Shown here in pieces: positions 28,648 to 41,670 of a stretch of 64,000 bases of DNA (the stretch's first letter is position 1; every line of letters begins with the position of its first letter). The stretch spans positions 78,058,001-78,122,000 of the forward strand of contig OX597826.1 in assembly GCA_951406725.2 (NCBI GenBank). The letters run 5' to 3'. Source of the DNA: Octopus vulgaris. Its lineage: Eukaryota. A program made the position numbers and the translations under genes. The notes under the pieces were generated by a model. The model saw only the letters and a program-made list of their open reading frames with translations, made no database searches and was not told the origin of the DNA.

Positions 28648-29539
28648 TGTGTGTGCATTGTACGTATGTATATACATATGACTATAAGCATCAAAGTAAT
28701 CGTTTCGTGTGTCGCTACTCCCTGTGCAAATGGCAAATAACTATTTATTACAGGCTGGCAGATACTATGGCTGATCAGCAAACGGCTTCTTCGCTGAACT
28801 TATAAACAAAGCCATTGTTTACTTCTTATCTATTCATCGGTCCGAGCACTTCTGGCTGACGAGCAACAGCATGTCGAAACCTTGCTCTCCCACAATCCTT
28901 TACCCTAATGAATTTAGTGAGTTATGAGCAAATAGTGCTATGAGCACATAGTCGTCATAACGGAAAAGCTGTTTTCCAGGGACGAACCCAACAGCGATTA
29001 CCATATTTGCGTTCGAATCTACCAGAACGTATTCAGGATAAATTAGCAAATCTGTGCTATGTACAAAAGGTATTTGAGGACAAATCAAGAAATATTTTCT
29101 TATTCTAGAAAGAATTATTAATATTGCTGTTCTATGTCAACTCTTACTGTTGCTATGGATACTTCTCTTACACTGTTTGTTACTATGCTGTTATACATAA
29201 TAGTAACAGTCTACTACGTTCCTCAAAATGCACTAATATTCACGTATTGTTTGTTGCTAGCTAGAGTTCCGGTTGTTGGTAGTGTGTTGTTCCTTTTCCG
29301 TTTCTTTTTACTATTATTGTTGCTAACGCATGTTGCCGCTGTCGCTAATATCGTTCATACATATCGGCCGGTATAATCATTACTATTGTTGCTATCAATG
29401 TTGCTAATAATGGATCCGTTTCTAATGCTGATACACTAGTTGACGCTGCTATAGTTGTTGCAATTTTATCGTGCTAATTGCTACTGCCGCAACTGTTATC
29501 AGTTGTTTTGTTGCTATTGTAGCAACATTTGTCCCTACT

Positions 29540-29700
29540 TCGCCTCAGATTAAGCTTAATTGGGCAGACCTATGATCAAAGACTCTCCCTGTCTGATTAT
29601 TCTGTCTTTTATTCAGAAACATTTCATCTCAGACGACAACATTAAGTGTTATTCTAAAATATCAGGGTGAGGAAAATTTGGCTGTTATTTCTAGCAGACC
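29540..29700 (+). repeat. Ancient dispersed repeat (family D)
   Basis: Motifs GAGCAGACCTATGATCAAA and GATTT.AGGGAGATTTGGCTG.TATTTCTAGCA recur, diverged, at about 2560-2740, 49510-49900 (two in tandem), 55330-55420 and 61110-61195, and on the minus strand at 22240-22385 and 63410-63560. Confidence 0.55.
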
Positions 29701-29959
29701 TTAGAATTCGTATGGTTGCTACATTTTTAGTCGCTGTTGCTATTTTTCCAGCACAAGTTGGCATTACTCTTGTTGCAATCTTCTTAGGCAAATTGCTACT
29801 GTTATCTCTGTTGGCAATATTGATAACTATTGACTGTCATAATTGTTGCTATTAAACAGGGCTGTTGCAATTGCAGTTGTTAACGGTGGTGCTAATGTTG
29901 GTAGAAATGGCACCGATGTTTCGTTTGCAATTTGGTGAAACAGAACTCACATTTGCAAC

Positions 29960-31380
29960 AGTCGTCATCACCACAACGCTGCTCCGCCCACGTCCATTAT
30001 TCGCCACCCCTACCAGCTCTCATTTCCCATCCACCACCTCCACCATTTAGCACCCGCAACCATCATCACAACCATTAAGACATATCAGTAGCACCACTCC
30101 GCCATCACCACCACCACCACCACCACCACAACCTTCAACGCCACCACCACCACCACCATTAACTCTACAAGCAACATCAGCACCACTCCACCACCAACAC
30201 CAAGACCACAACCATCAACGCCATCACAACCACCATTACCTCAACAACCATCATCAGCACCACTCCACCACCACCACCACCACCACCACCATTACAACCA
30301 TCATCAGATCTACAACTAGAACGATTTTCAACAATGAAGTCACAACATCCACCGAGCCGCCGCCTCTTCCGCCGCCGCCGCCGCCGCCGCCGCTCCCTTT
30401 GTCACCACTCATTCAGTTTTTCTCTGCTGCTACATTTGCTGCTGTTGCTGCTGCAGCAGCTTCGTATCGTAGCGTCATAATTGAAGAAAGCTGACTTACG
30501 TCCCTTCCTTCTCCTCGTCGGCACCATCAGCAGCAGCAGCAGCAGCAGCACCAGTACCAGCAGCAGCAGCAGAATGGTAGGCATTTAGTGTTATCAAAGA
30601 CATTAGAAACTCTGTGACCACCACGACGACAATGACTATTATCACCAACAGAAATTTTTAAATGGTGGTCATAGCACTACCACTAACAGTGGCATCACAC
30701 CACCACCACCACCACCACCACCACCACCACCACCACCACCACCACCACCACCATCACGACCACGACCACGACCACTACCACCACCATCATCTTCGTAGTC
30801 ATATTCCCTATTTCCGCCTCCTCTCGCCATCAATACCATCAACGTCGCCATTCCCAGTTCCGCCGCAGACATCCTCAACGCCATCGCCATCGTCGTCCCT
30901 ATCTTCCCGTTACATACGACAGGGCCACCATCACACAACCACCACCATCACACAACCACCACCACCACCACCACTACCACCACTACTACCAATACAACAA
31001 CGGATAACAACACCGCAATCCCAGCCACCAGCATCACACCAAAGCCAACTTCATCACACTGAATACCACCACACCTAGTATCACCACCAACACCACACCA
31101 CACCACCGAAACCATCAGCGGTACTAAAACCACCAGCAGCACCACCACCATCACTATTTCGACACCACGGCACCAGATCCACCAACAACAACTACTAACC
31201 ACCACAGCACTGTTATCCGCACCATCACCACTGCCACCTATACTGACTTTAACATCATAACTTAGAGCGCTCCTGCCGCCGCCACCGCCACCACCGCCAC
31301 CGCCGCCGCCGCCACCGCCACCGCCGCCACCGCCACCGCCGCCACCTCTGCCCCATCTAGCGGCAGCACCAAAACTACTG
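29960..31380. repeat. (CCA)n/(CCG)n/(CAG)n low-complexity region
   Basis: Trinucleotide runs interleaved with short unique segments. A region of complementary composition lies at 59925-60610. Confidence 0.9.
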
Positions 31381-31553
31381 TTGCTGCTATTAATACTCTT
31401 GTTATTGCCCAAGTGTCATTCCCAGCAGAACAGTTTAGAAAGGATTTTAATATTTAAAGTCGACGCCGACCTCCACCAACTCTGAGACGTTGTCAAAATT
31501 GGCATGACACCGAGCAGAGGAAGAAGAAGAATATGGCTTTCAGGTTAATCTCC

Positions 31554-31608
<55 letters not shown>

Positions 31609-32179
31609 CACCCTTTCTTGCGAGCACTTTCTTGCTCTCCTCTCTGCTTTCTCCCCTTTTCACTGTCACTTAGGCTCCTTTCCTTCACCTCTTACCTTCT
31701 TACAAATAGCACGTAAGTGTGTATGTACATGTATACATTCATACCACTGAAGATATACATACACACATGTATGTGTGTGTACGTGTGTATGCATGAATAT
31801 ACGCATGCATACATATATATCGATATATATATATATATATGTTTGTATGTATGTGTCCATATATACAAAATACGTACCTACAGACACGTGCATACGTGCA
31901 CAAATGCACATACATACATGAACGCATGCATACAATAAGAACAAAACGCAAACCAATATTCCGCTCTCTGATTCATGTCGGATCGACTTTTAGTTGATGC
32001 ATGTCAATTTGCAAAGAACAATAAAACGGTGAACGCCTGTCAGCATGCAGCTTTCTATGAAACCTCGGGAGAGTCTGTAATTCAACACAATAGGGCTTCA
32101 TCTGTCATTTGTCCCAATTTCCGAATTACTTTCTCATGCTTTATTATGTGTTATTGGTGTTAACTAGAATGAAAATGGA

Positions 32180-32251
<72 letters not shown>

Positions 32252-32284
32252 CTAGGGTGAAATGTCCATGTTGCACGAATTACG

Positions 32285-32440
32285 CAGGAGTGGTTGTGTG
32301 GTAAGAAGATTGCTTCCCAGCTCGTGGTTCCGGGTTCAGTTCCACTGCAAGGAAACTTGGGAGAGTGTCTTCTACTATAGTCTCGGGCCGACCAAAGCCT
32401 TGTGAGTGGATGTGGTGACGGAAACAGAAAGAAGCCCGTC

Positions 32441-32486
<46 letters not shown>

Positions 32487-32968
32487 ATTCCCTCTCTCTC
32501 TGTCTCTCTTTCTCTCTCTCCCCCTGCAACCTGCTGCTTCTCAACCATTTCGTTGGCGATCGAATCTCGCCAACATGTGTATGTGTCCCCTCTACCGAAA
32601 AGGTAATTATTTCTACGCCAGCTGCTATGTCGTTGTTGTTTTTGTCTCATTTGGTCTAAAGTCGTAAGACAACCACCGTTATATATATTTTGTTTAACCA
32701 TTACAGTTTTCAATTTCGTTTTCGTCTCTCGTATTTACATCCGTCTCGTGCGTTTACATTCTTGTCTTCTACCAAGAAATCTAATGCCTACAGCTTAGTT
32801 TTTTTTTCTTGGGGCTGGCCGAGTTGGAGCAAATATCAGAATTGAACAGCCGAAATTTGCGATGATGATTCGGTGTCTGACTGAAGATTGAAGGCTTCGA
32901 ATGATTTGTCTGTGTTCCGTGTTTGTCCCTTCCTGTATTTCACGTTCTTTATATATAAAATATTTATA

Positions 32969-32999
<31 letters not shown>

Positions 33000-33440
33000 G
33001 GCAAGAAGAAAATGGCGGGGATCGAGAGGCAGTATGCATCAACTGTTAGGCATTATATTATGTCTATTTATGTCTATTTAAATAGACATAATATAATGTC
33101 TAATATTTGATGAATACTACTTCTGGATTCCCTCCATTTTCTTCTTGCCGTATAAATTAAGAGTAAAACCACTTGTTACCATTGCCACAGCAGGAGATGT
33201 ATTAACACATGAGCTGTAAAAGCCGGACTAGATTATTCTATGCGCAACTCCATTGTCTCCCGAGACAAAAAGGCTGCCAACAACAACAACCCTCACCCAT
33301 TTATTACGCTCAGTTATGTAATTGCCATGCAATAACCAACACTTGTCTATTAATATCTGGGTGTTCTACCAGCAGTATATTGGACAGATATTATCCCTTA
33401 GTTGGTTGGATTCACAACCTCTAACTCTCTTGGAAGTATG

Positions 33441-33508
<68 letters not shown>

Positions 33509-33755
33509 TGTGTCTGTGTGTGTGTGTGTGTGTGTCTGTGTCTGTGTGTGTCTGTTTTTGTCCCACCACCACCATCGCTTGACAACTGATGTTAATGTGT
33601 TTACGTTACAGTAACTTAGCGGTTTGGCAAAAGAGACCGATAGAATAAGTACTAGGCTTCAAAAAAATAAGTCCTGGAGCCGATTTGTTCGACTAAAAGC
33701 AGTGCTCCAGCATGGCCGTATTCAAATGACTGAAACAAGAAAAATAATAAAAGTA
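32285..33755 (+). mobile_element. SINE family B split by nested insertions
   Basis: The 5' half (32285-32445) and the 3' half (33550-33755) are separated by about 1.1 kb of microsatellite, a Penelope-like segment (32520-32950) and the 32995-33154 palindrome. Confidence 0.65.
32995..33154. repeat. 160-bp palindromic MITE-like element at the end of a (TA)n tract
   Basis: TATACGGCAAGAAGAAAATGG...CCATTTTCTTCTTGCCGTATA. Centre TATGTCTATTT|AAATAGACATA, with a 10-bp duplication TGTCTATTTA in the left arm. Confidence 0.8.
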
Positions 33756-34027
33756 TAACAGAATCTGTCCTGAGTCATCACCAACAAAACTAATTTTTGT
33801 CTTCGGATTTTCTTGTGTCAGGTGTCTTAGAACGTACCTTTTATTCGTCGACTCCAAGAAATTTAGCTGGAGTTAAACATCGTGGAAATTTTTTTTGACT
33901 TTTTATAAGTTTATGACGACAGTATTGCAAGTGAGAGAGTTGTCATCCGTTTCATCTGACTGACCAAATATATACTTAAGTATATTTTTGCATTGTACAT
34001 TCGTAACATTAACTAAATAATATGAAA

Positions 34028-34971
34028 CGTGTCCGGATAATTCGCCGTAAGAAATTTCTCCGCCTTGGAAAATTCGGGTGTCAGGTCATTTGTAAGGTCA
34101 CTTATGAGTGCTACTGGTAGCATGGAATCCAGTACAACCTGTAGGAAGGTCGGATCGTTGGTGACTAAAGCGACAACCCTAACAAGGGAGCCTGGTAAGG
34201 ACGGTTACTAGAAAGCGCAGCAGGTCTCAAAACAAGGCCTGTTAAAAGGATGGAGAAACATAGTGTAGGTTCAACGACTATCTAGCAATAGCAAAAATTG
34301 CGGGTTGATGTCCCGCATGCTTGAAGACCACTGTGAGTGAGGCAGCCCATAAGTTTTGCTAAAGCCTATCTCTAAAATCTATTTCGAATCCAGGCTGCGC
34401 CTGCTCCGATAATCGATGTTTACTTGGTCAGCGAAACCTCCGCGACGGTCGACAATCGACGGCAGGATGAGATGCTACGGATCACATTATCCCCAAAGTG
34501 TGTATTGCAAGTAACTGGGGACCACATGTGAACTTGTATTCCCACTGAAATACCGAAATGTGAACTCTGCATCCCAACAACGAATGACGTCCACGGCTAC
34601 GGCCTCGACTGCGGCCGACTTTCGAGAGTGGTTGGAATTCGGGAGCGACGTGGTTAATTCGGTGGTCAGAGCCGGTTCAAACTACCCCGGGTGGATGCCA
34701 TTACAAGAACAAGTAAGTAGTAATAGGAAAATTTGCCTTGGAGACAAATTCGTCGTATGGACAATGAAAAAGGCTATTATAACAGCATTTTATTAAATAG
34801 GAGAAAAAAACTCCAGAATAATAAAAGGTTTTGTAAAAGCATTAAATAAGCAAGTCTTTATTCGACGTCAAACATAAGAATAAAAAAAACGTGATGAGGT
34901 CATTTAAAACGAAATTTCTTGCGGCGATTTTTCCTACAGCAAAAATATTGACGGCAAAATTTCCTGTAACC
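34028..34971. mobile_element. Non-autonomous Mutator/Foldback-like (Phantom/Rehavkus-type) DNA element, interrupted by a retroelement
   Basis: 9-bp flanking direct repeat AATATGAAA (34019-34027) / AATATGAAT (34972-34980). Imperfect TIRs (about 14/21) are built from short subrepeats of the AAATTCGCCGT type at both ends. Confidence 0.6.
34077..34725 (+). mobile_element. RTE-related non-autonomous retroelement nested in the MITE
   Basis: GC-richer non-coding insert ending ...CCCCGGGTGGATGCCATTACAAGAACAAGTAAGTAG, with an RTE-like short-repeat tail. Flanked by GGAAAATTCG / GGAAAATTTG, a possible TSD that could instead be a host subrepeat. Confidence 0.5.
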
Positions 34972-36066
34972 AATATGAATCTGGTTTTGGAATAATCGTG
35001 TGTTAGCACGTACGACACAATGCGTTTTGGAATGTTCTTTCACAAATTCGAAAGAAATATTTGTCTGTTATTCTGGGACAGCTGCCGCAACGGATAATCA
35101 TTTGTATCAAATTTAAGTGTGATAAAATGTTAACTCATTGCTGTGTAAATAGTGATCCATTTATTCTGCAAGTCAGAAATAAAGCTTTTATTTCTAGCAT
35201 TAAAAGTAACAAAATCCAAAAGTAAAACAAGAAGGGAAAAATACACTCGTCTCAAAAGTACATATAGAATATATTGTAGAACACAGCCAAAATTACGAAG
35301 ACAGACTGAAAAATCGTTTTTAGAATATGTCGACAAACCCAGATTCTATTCAATATTGCTTGCCATCAAATTTCACTTTGTATTCCGTCTCGTAGAATTC
35401 CTACGTTGGACAAATCAGCTGACATCTGACAAGAGTAAACAAAAAATTTCTACATTAAAAAGAATGCTTTCTTATTTATTTTATTTTATCTTTCTTCTTC
35501 TTTACTGTTTGTCTTCGATATTCGGTGCTGAAGCCAGACATCTCAAAAGGTATGAATTTTTATTTTTTATTTTCTATTGTACAAGGTATGCATTCGTATT
35601 TACTTGTCTGTTTTTTGTTTTTTTTTTCAATATCTGTACTGGTTTGTGTCAAAGAAAGAAGTTCTTTCCTTGAAACTCCGTATTGAAAATGGTCGATACC
35701 ACACGACGTTGGTTTACATCTCTTTGTAATTTGCGTGCGTTCACATCCTGCAAAATTTCACTTCATTTTCCTTCTTCTATCGCAGGATCCATAAGATATA
35801 CTGCTGGAATACAGTATATCTCTAACACGAAAACCAGATCACGAAGACATACGATTAAATAAACACCAGTACTTTTTAGCAAATTATTTTTGTCGATGTT
35901 TGAAATTTGAAATAATGAACGTCATCAACGGAATGGTTTCAATTCACACATAAACTTATATTTGTAAACACAACATTGCTTTCTTTCGTGAAATCTACTT
36001 TACTTTGTGTGAACTATATCAATACCGACTTGTATTAAATATTTGTGCTAACAGTTTCAATTATGT

Positions 36067-36100
<34 letters not shown>

Positions 36101-37332
36101 CAGGGTGTCCCAAAAACTGTGTACACACTTTAAGTAATTTTTAAGTAAGTGTAAAGAAGGTGTTTATTAAATTACATTTAATTTTTAAAATCTAATAGAA
36201 TCTACAGACATTATTTTATTGTTTTGCCAACGCCTGTTTTTAGACTGACGCCCGTTCTGGTCCAGGCACTGCTGACAACGCGAAGCATCACGAAACAATT
36301 CGTTTGCTATTTGTGTGCATTCTCGTTCAATGGCCGCTCTCAAATCAGCGACTGTTGCAGGTTTCATAGCGTAGACTTTGTCTTTTAGATATCCCCATAA
36401 AAAAGTGTGGTGCTGTGAGGTCTAGTGAACGAGCTGGGTATTCAACGAAACTCCCTCGTCCAATCCACCTGTTTAGCAAGATCTCATCAAGGAAGGATCT
36501 AACATTGCGAAGGTAGTGTGGGGGTGCCCCATCTTGCTGAACATAAAATTCCCCATCTTCAAAGTCTTCTCCAATGCTTGGCATGACAGACTGCTGCAGC
36601 AAGTTCAAGTAAACGGGACCAGTCAGAGTACCATTAAAAAAGATTGGTCCAATTAATCCTCTTGATGATAAGCCACACAACACTGTAACCCCTGGTAAAT
36701 TAACATGGTGTTCCACCATAACATGCGGATTCTAAGGTCCCCCAGTAAGTGCAACTGTGGTGGTTAATTGAACCATTTAATTTGAATGTGGCCCTCATCA
36801 CTCCACACAATCTTTGTTGGAAAATGTGCATCTTCTACACATTGTGCCAAGTACCACCCGCAATACTGCACTCTTCGGTCGGAATCATCGTAATAGTATG
36901 GACTAATCTTGGAACGTAACTATTCCATTGACAACGCTTCAAAATGCGTTGGACAGACGATTTTGAAATGCCTACCTCACGACTCGCTTGCCGCACAGAT
37001 TTTCTTGTACTTTGGTTATTCTTTTCCAGTACTCCTTCATGCTTTGTGTAGGTTGTCGATGTTCGTGGTCTTCCGGAGCGCTTTTCGTGGACATTCTGAA
37101 CGGTTCTATCGGTTTCAAACTTATCTGCAATTTGAGTGATAGTAATTCGCGTTGGTGAATCTGTTTGAAACTTCCTCCTAAATTGTCTTTGAACTTAAGC
37201 TGCGTTTTCACGCTTCCAGTAGCATTTTAGAAGGAATAGTTTGCCATCATTAATTCCAATGGGTTCGATCTGAAAAAAAAAAAACATCAATTGAGTTATC
37301 AGCTGCTAAAGTATATATGCATTTGAGATACC

Positions 37333-37335
<3 letters not shown>
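36101..37335 (-). mobile_element. Tc1/mariner DNA transposon, DD41D (rosa/Visitor-like), decayed
   Basis: TIR CAGGGTGTCCCAAAAACTGTGTACACACTTT at 36101 follows (TA)n. A degenerate counterpart AAAGTATATATGCATTTGAGATACCCTC ends near 37335. Minus-strand ORFs give QQDGAPPHY...[19 protein letters not shown](FF), with 41 residues between D and the final D position (here H, CAC from GAC). Confidence 0.85.
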
Positions 37336-37391
<56 letters not shown>

Positions 37392-37436
37392 GTGAGCAAA
37401 GTTTCTCATTCCTAAGGTACTTTTGGATGTTGTTGC

Positions 37437-37503
<67 letters not shown>

Positions 37504-37986
37504 GAGTGAGAGAGCAGTTCATGCCATCAATGTGACACTGGGGATAAAATATATGAAGCCCAGTATACCCATCATGACTACCCGTCTGATAAGGGTACAC
37601 CAGGCACATGCATCACAACCCTATGTGCGCGACATGGTGATCTCATATCAAGATAAACAGCACATGACCTTGCAGGTGGGGCCCAGTTAGAATTTTCTTC
37701 TGGTCGAGTAACCCATCCCGCTCAAAAGGTCCCTGAATAAGGGTTGTTTAAGGATGTTGAACGAAACACCTTTGTTTCCAAAGGAGTGAATTATTCCAAA
37801 CCCCAAAGAATCCCTCTCAACACATGGCTATGATGCTCCCCGACTACTTCTGCTCGTGATCAGAGATGCACATATCGTCAGCCACTAAGGGACATGCTCA
37901 ACTGGTTAAGGTCAAACAACTGACAAGCAAATCTGCGGTATTGAGCAGAATATTTGCTGTTGCCCATCTTTTATACCAAGACAAAA

Positions 37987-37987
<1 letters not shown>
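37504..37987 (-). mobile_element. Non-coding element inserted within a (TAA)n microsatellite
   Basis: 484 bp of complex sequence bounded sharply on both sides by pure (TTA)n tracts of the same polarity. No TIR and no credible ORF. Strand is assigned from the assumed (TAA)n tail. Confidence 0.55.
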
Positions 37988-38043
<56 letters not shown>

Positions 38044-38052
38044 CATTATCAC

Positions 38053-38124
<72 letters not shown>

Positions 38125-38126
38125 AA

Positions 38127-38193
<67 letters not shown>

Positions 38194-38196
<3 letters not shown>

Positions 38197-38267
38197 AGTA
38201 CTTACTGCCTGGAATCAAACTCGGAATCTTGGGGTTAGTAGCCCGCACTCTTAACCACTACGCCATA
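38194..38267 (-). mobile_element. Very short tRNA-like SINE or tRNA pseudogene with an (AAT)n tail
   Basis: TGGCGTAGTGGTTAAGAG (A box), GGG-CT-ACT-AA-CCC anticodon-like loop, GAGTTTGATTCC (B box). No complete acceptor stem. Confidence 0.6.
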
Positions 38268-39378
38268 TGTTATCATCGCAGTTATTGTCGTCCATGTCTT
38301 CGTCGTCGTCATCCTCATCATCCTCATCATCCTTATCATCATTTTCAGTATCACGACAAAATTTCATAACTTTTAGACCGTGAATGTAGGGGTCAGCGTC
38401 TCTGCCAACCAGAGACAATTGGTTCTACGGCTGCCCTCGAATCTTACTTCCACTAAAAACCAGAATATATGCGAAGATGATATTGGTGAAGCTTTTCGGA
38501 TGATTTCCAGCTTTTGGAAGCTTTACATGGATGAGAGTAACGTCGAAGGAAAACTGAAAAATAAAGCAAAAACCGAAAAAAAAAATCATAATAAACGGTT
38601 GCCATAATATATAACGTTGGTGTCATTCTCGTCTTTATCATCATCACAAGCATCCACAATGAGGAAGAGGGAGGGGAGGAGGGTATGGAGGAAGGTGGAG
38701 TGGGGGAGGTGTGGGGGAGATGGAATGGAGGAGGAGGCGGAAGACTAGGAGTGGAGGAGGGGAAGTGGGGGAGGAGTGGAGGAGGAGTAGGGGAGGAGTG
38801 AGGAGAAGTGTAGGAGGATGGGAAGCGGAAGAGGAAGAGCCGGAGAAGAAGAAGATGAGGAGGAGGAGGAAGAAGAAGAAAAGGGGAGAGGAGGAGGAAG
38901 AAGAAGAAGAAGATGAGGAGGAGGAGGAAGAAGAAGAAGATGAGGAGGAGGAGGAGGAGGAAGTGGTAGAAGGGGATGATGATGATGATGATGATGATGA
39001 CGACGACGACGATGACGATGACAGCGAAGATGAAGTTTTCTTCCTCATCTTTGTGCTCGTAGTCATCATGGTGACCATTATCCATCATGGCGTATGTCGC
39101 TTTCTAACGTTGCCGAAGAGAAAGAAATACAGAAATAATCTATTGGATTGGCACTTTCTGCACCTTCAACACGTAGACACACACACATACACACACGCAT
39201 AAATGTGCGTCCAGGTGTGTGTACATACATATATATAAACACGGGCACAGACACATCACACACGCAAACACATGCATACACACACATACACACATATATA
39301 TATATATATACGTTTATATATAAATATATATAAAGAGAATAGAGTAGGGTGCATGCATATGTGTGTATACATACACGC

Positions 39379-39379
39379 A

Positions 39380-39413
<34 letters not shown>

Positions 39414-39459
39414 CATACATACATACATACATACATACATACATACATACATACATACA

Positions 39460-39490
<31 letters not shown>

Positions 39491-39555
39491 TGGCATATAG
39501 GCATACATACATACATACATACATACATACATTCATACATACATACATACACGCA

Positions 39556-39589
<34 letters not shown>

Positions 39590-39685
39590 CATACATACAT
39601 ACATACATACATACATACATACATACATACTTACATATATACATACATACATACATACATATATACATACATACATACATACACG

Positions 39686-39717
<32 letters not shown>

Positions 39718-39719
39718 CA

Positions 39720-39753
<34 letters not shown>

Positions 39754-39767
39754 CATACATACATATA

Positions 39768-39801
<34 letters not shown>

Positions 39802-39867
39802 CATACATACATACATACATACATACATACATACATACATACATACATACATACATACATACATACA

Positions 39868-39927
<60 letters not shown>

Positions 39928-39961
39928 CATACATACATATATACATACATACATACATACA

Positions 39962-39995
<34 letters not shown>

Positions 39996-40012
39996 CATAC
40001 ATACATACATAT

Positions 40013-40043
<31 letters not shown>

Positions 40044-40080
40044 CATACATACATACATATATACATACATACATACATAT

Positions 40081-40111
<31 letters not shown>

Positions 40112-40121
40112 CATACATACA

Positions 40122-40155
<34 letters not shown>

Positions 40156-40197
40156 CATACATATATACATACATACATACATACATACATACATACA

Positions 40198-40231
<34 letters not shown>

Positions 40232-40233
40232 CA

Positions 40234-40267
<34 letters not shown>

Positions 40268-40281
40268 CATACATACATACA

Positions 40282-40315
<34 letters not shown>

Positions 40316-40317
40316 CA

Positions 40318-40349
<32 letters not shown>

Positions 40350-40363
40350 CATACATATATACA

Positions 40364-40397
<34 letters not shown>

Positions 40398-40431
40398 CAT
40401 ACATACATACATACATACATACATACATACA

Positions 40432-40465
<34 letters not shown>

Positions 40466-40500
40466 CATACATACATACATACATATATAAATACATACAT
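39379..40500. repeat. ~1.1-kb (ACAT)n tetranucleotide array with AT interruptions
   Basis: Directly visible. Shorter arrays at 9550-9661, 15366-15705, 16600-17126 and 56713-57000. Confidence 0.97.
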
Positions 40501-40678
40501 ACGCGCGCGTACACTCACATACACACGCACATATATATATGTATGTATATGTATGTACGTGTGTATGTATATACATACATATCTATAGACACACACGCAC
40601 ACACCCACACACACACACAAACACACATACACACACATATATATATATATATATATCAGAGAGAAAGCGTGTATGTTT

Positions 40679-40738
<60 letters not shown>

Positions 40739-40987
40739 TGTGATCTTCCGGTTAGAAATCCTAAGAAACACCTGCCATATTGTTAGCAGCCATCAAAAGG
40801 AATTTACTAGAAACAGTCATGTGACAAGTCGAAATGGCGTCTGGCGCCATTTTTCTGACTCTAATCATCTCATCTCGGAATCTATTCCCTTATTGCATTT
40901 CCTCACTTTCCCCAACCTCCTGCTTCCTAACGTTTACTTACCATCCTCTCTTCGAAATCTTTTTGTCGCTTTCATCTTTCATCCTAT

Positions 40988-41041
<54 letters not shown>

Positions 41042-41084
41042 TATATATATATACATACAGGTATATATATATATATATACATAC

Positions 41085-41140
<56 letters not shown>

Positions 41141-41358
41141 GTATATATACATACAGGTATGTATATATAGATATATACATACATACATACATGCACACAC
41201 ACTCACATATGTATATACATATATATGTACATATGTATATAAATATATATATATACCTATGTATGTTTATGTTTTATATATACATAGAGAGATATACGTA
41301 CATACCCACATACATGCACACACACCTATATATATATATATACATATGTATATTTATG

Positions 41359-41397
<39 letters not shown>

Positions 41398-41449
41398 TAT
41401 ATATATATGTATACATGCATACATACATACATACATATGTATATATATA

Positions 41450-41496
<47 letters not shown>

Positions 41497-41636
41497 TACC
41501 TACATAAATACATACATATATACATACATGTATACACACACAGACACTCACATATATATATTATGTATATATGCATATACATGTGCATAAACATATACAT
41601 GTAAGTGTGTATTATGTGTATTTACGCACACACACA

Positions 41637-41670
<34 letters not shown>

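Noticed and set aside
28856-28890. CTGACGA...CGAAA motif
   Set aside because: Stems I-III and the NUH triplet cannot be paired consistently, so it is probably chance.
32872-32912. CTGAAGA...TTCGAAT hammerhead-like string
   Set aside because: GAAA is replaced by GAAT, stem II is marginal and there is no clear stem I. At best a decayed motif.
38711-39202. Acidic E/D-rich ORF
   Set aside because: Derived from (GAG)(GAA)(GAT) repeats and runs on into microsatellite.
39078-40743. Long ORFs of 335-478 aa (YVCM/HTYI repeats)
   Set aside because: These are stop-free translations of (ACAT)n, open in several frames on both strands, and are not genes. The same applies to all YIYI, CVCV, poly-I and poly-L ORFs.
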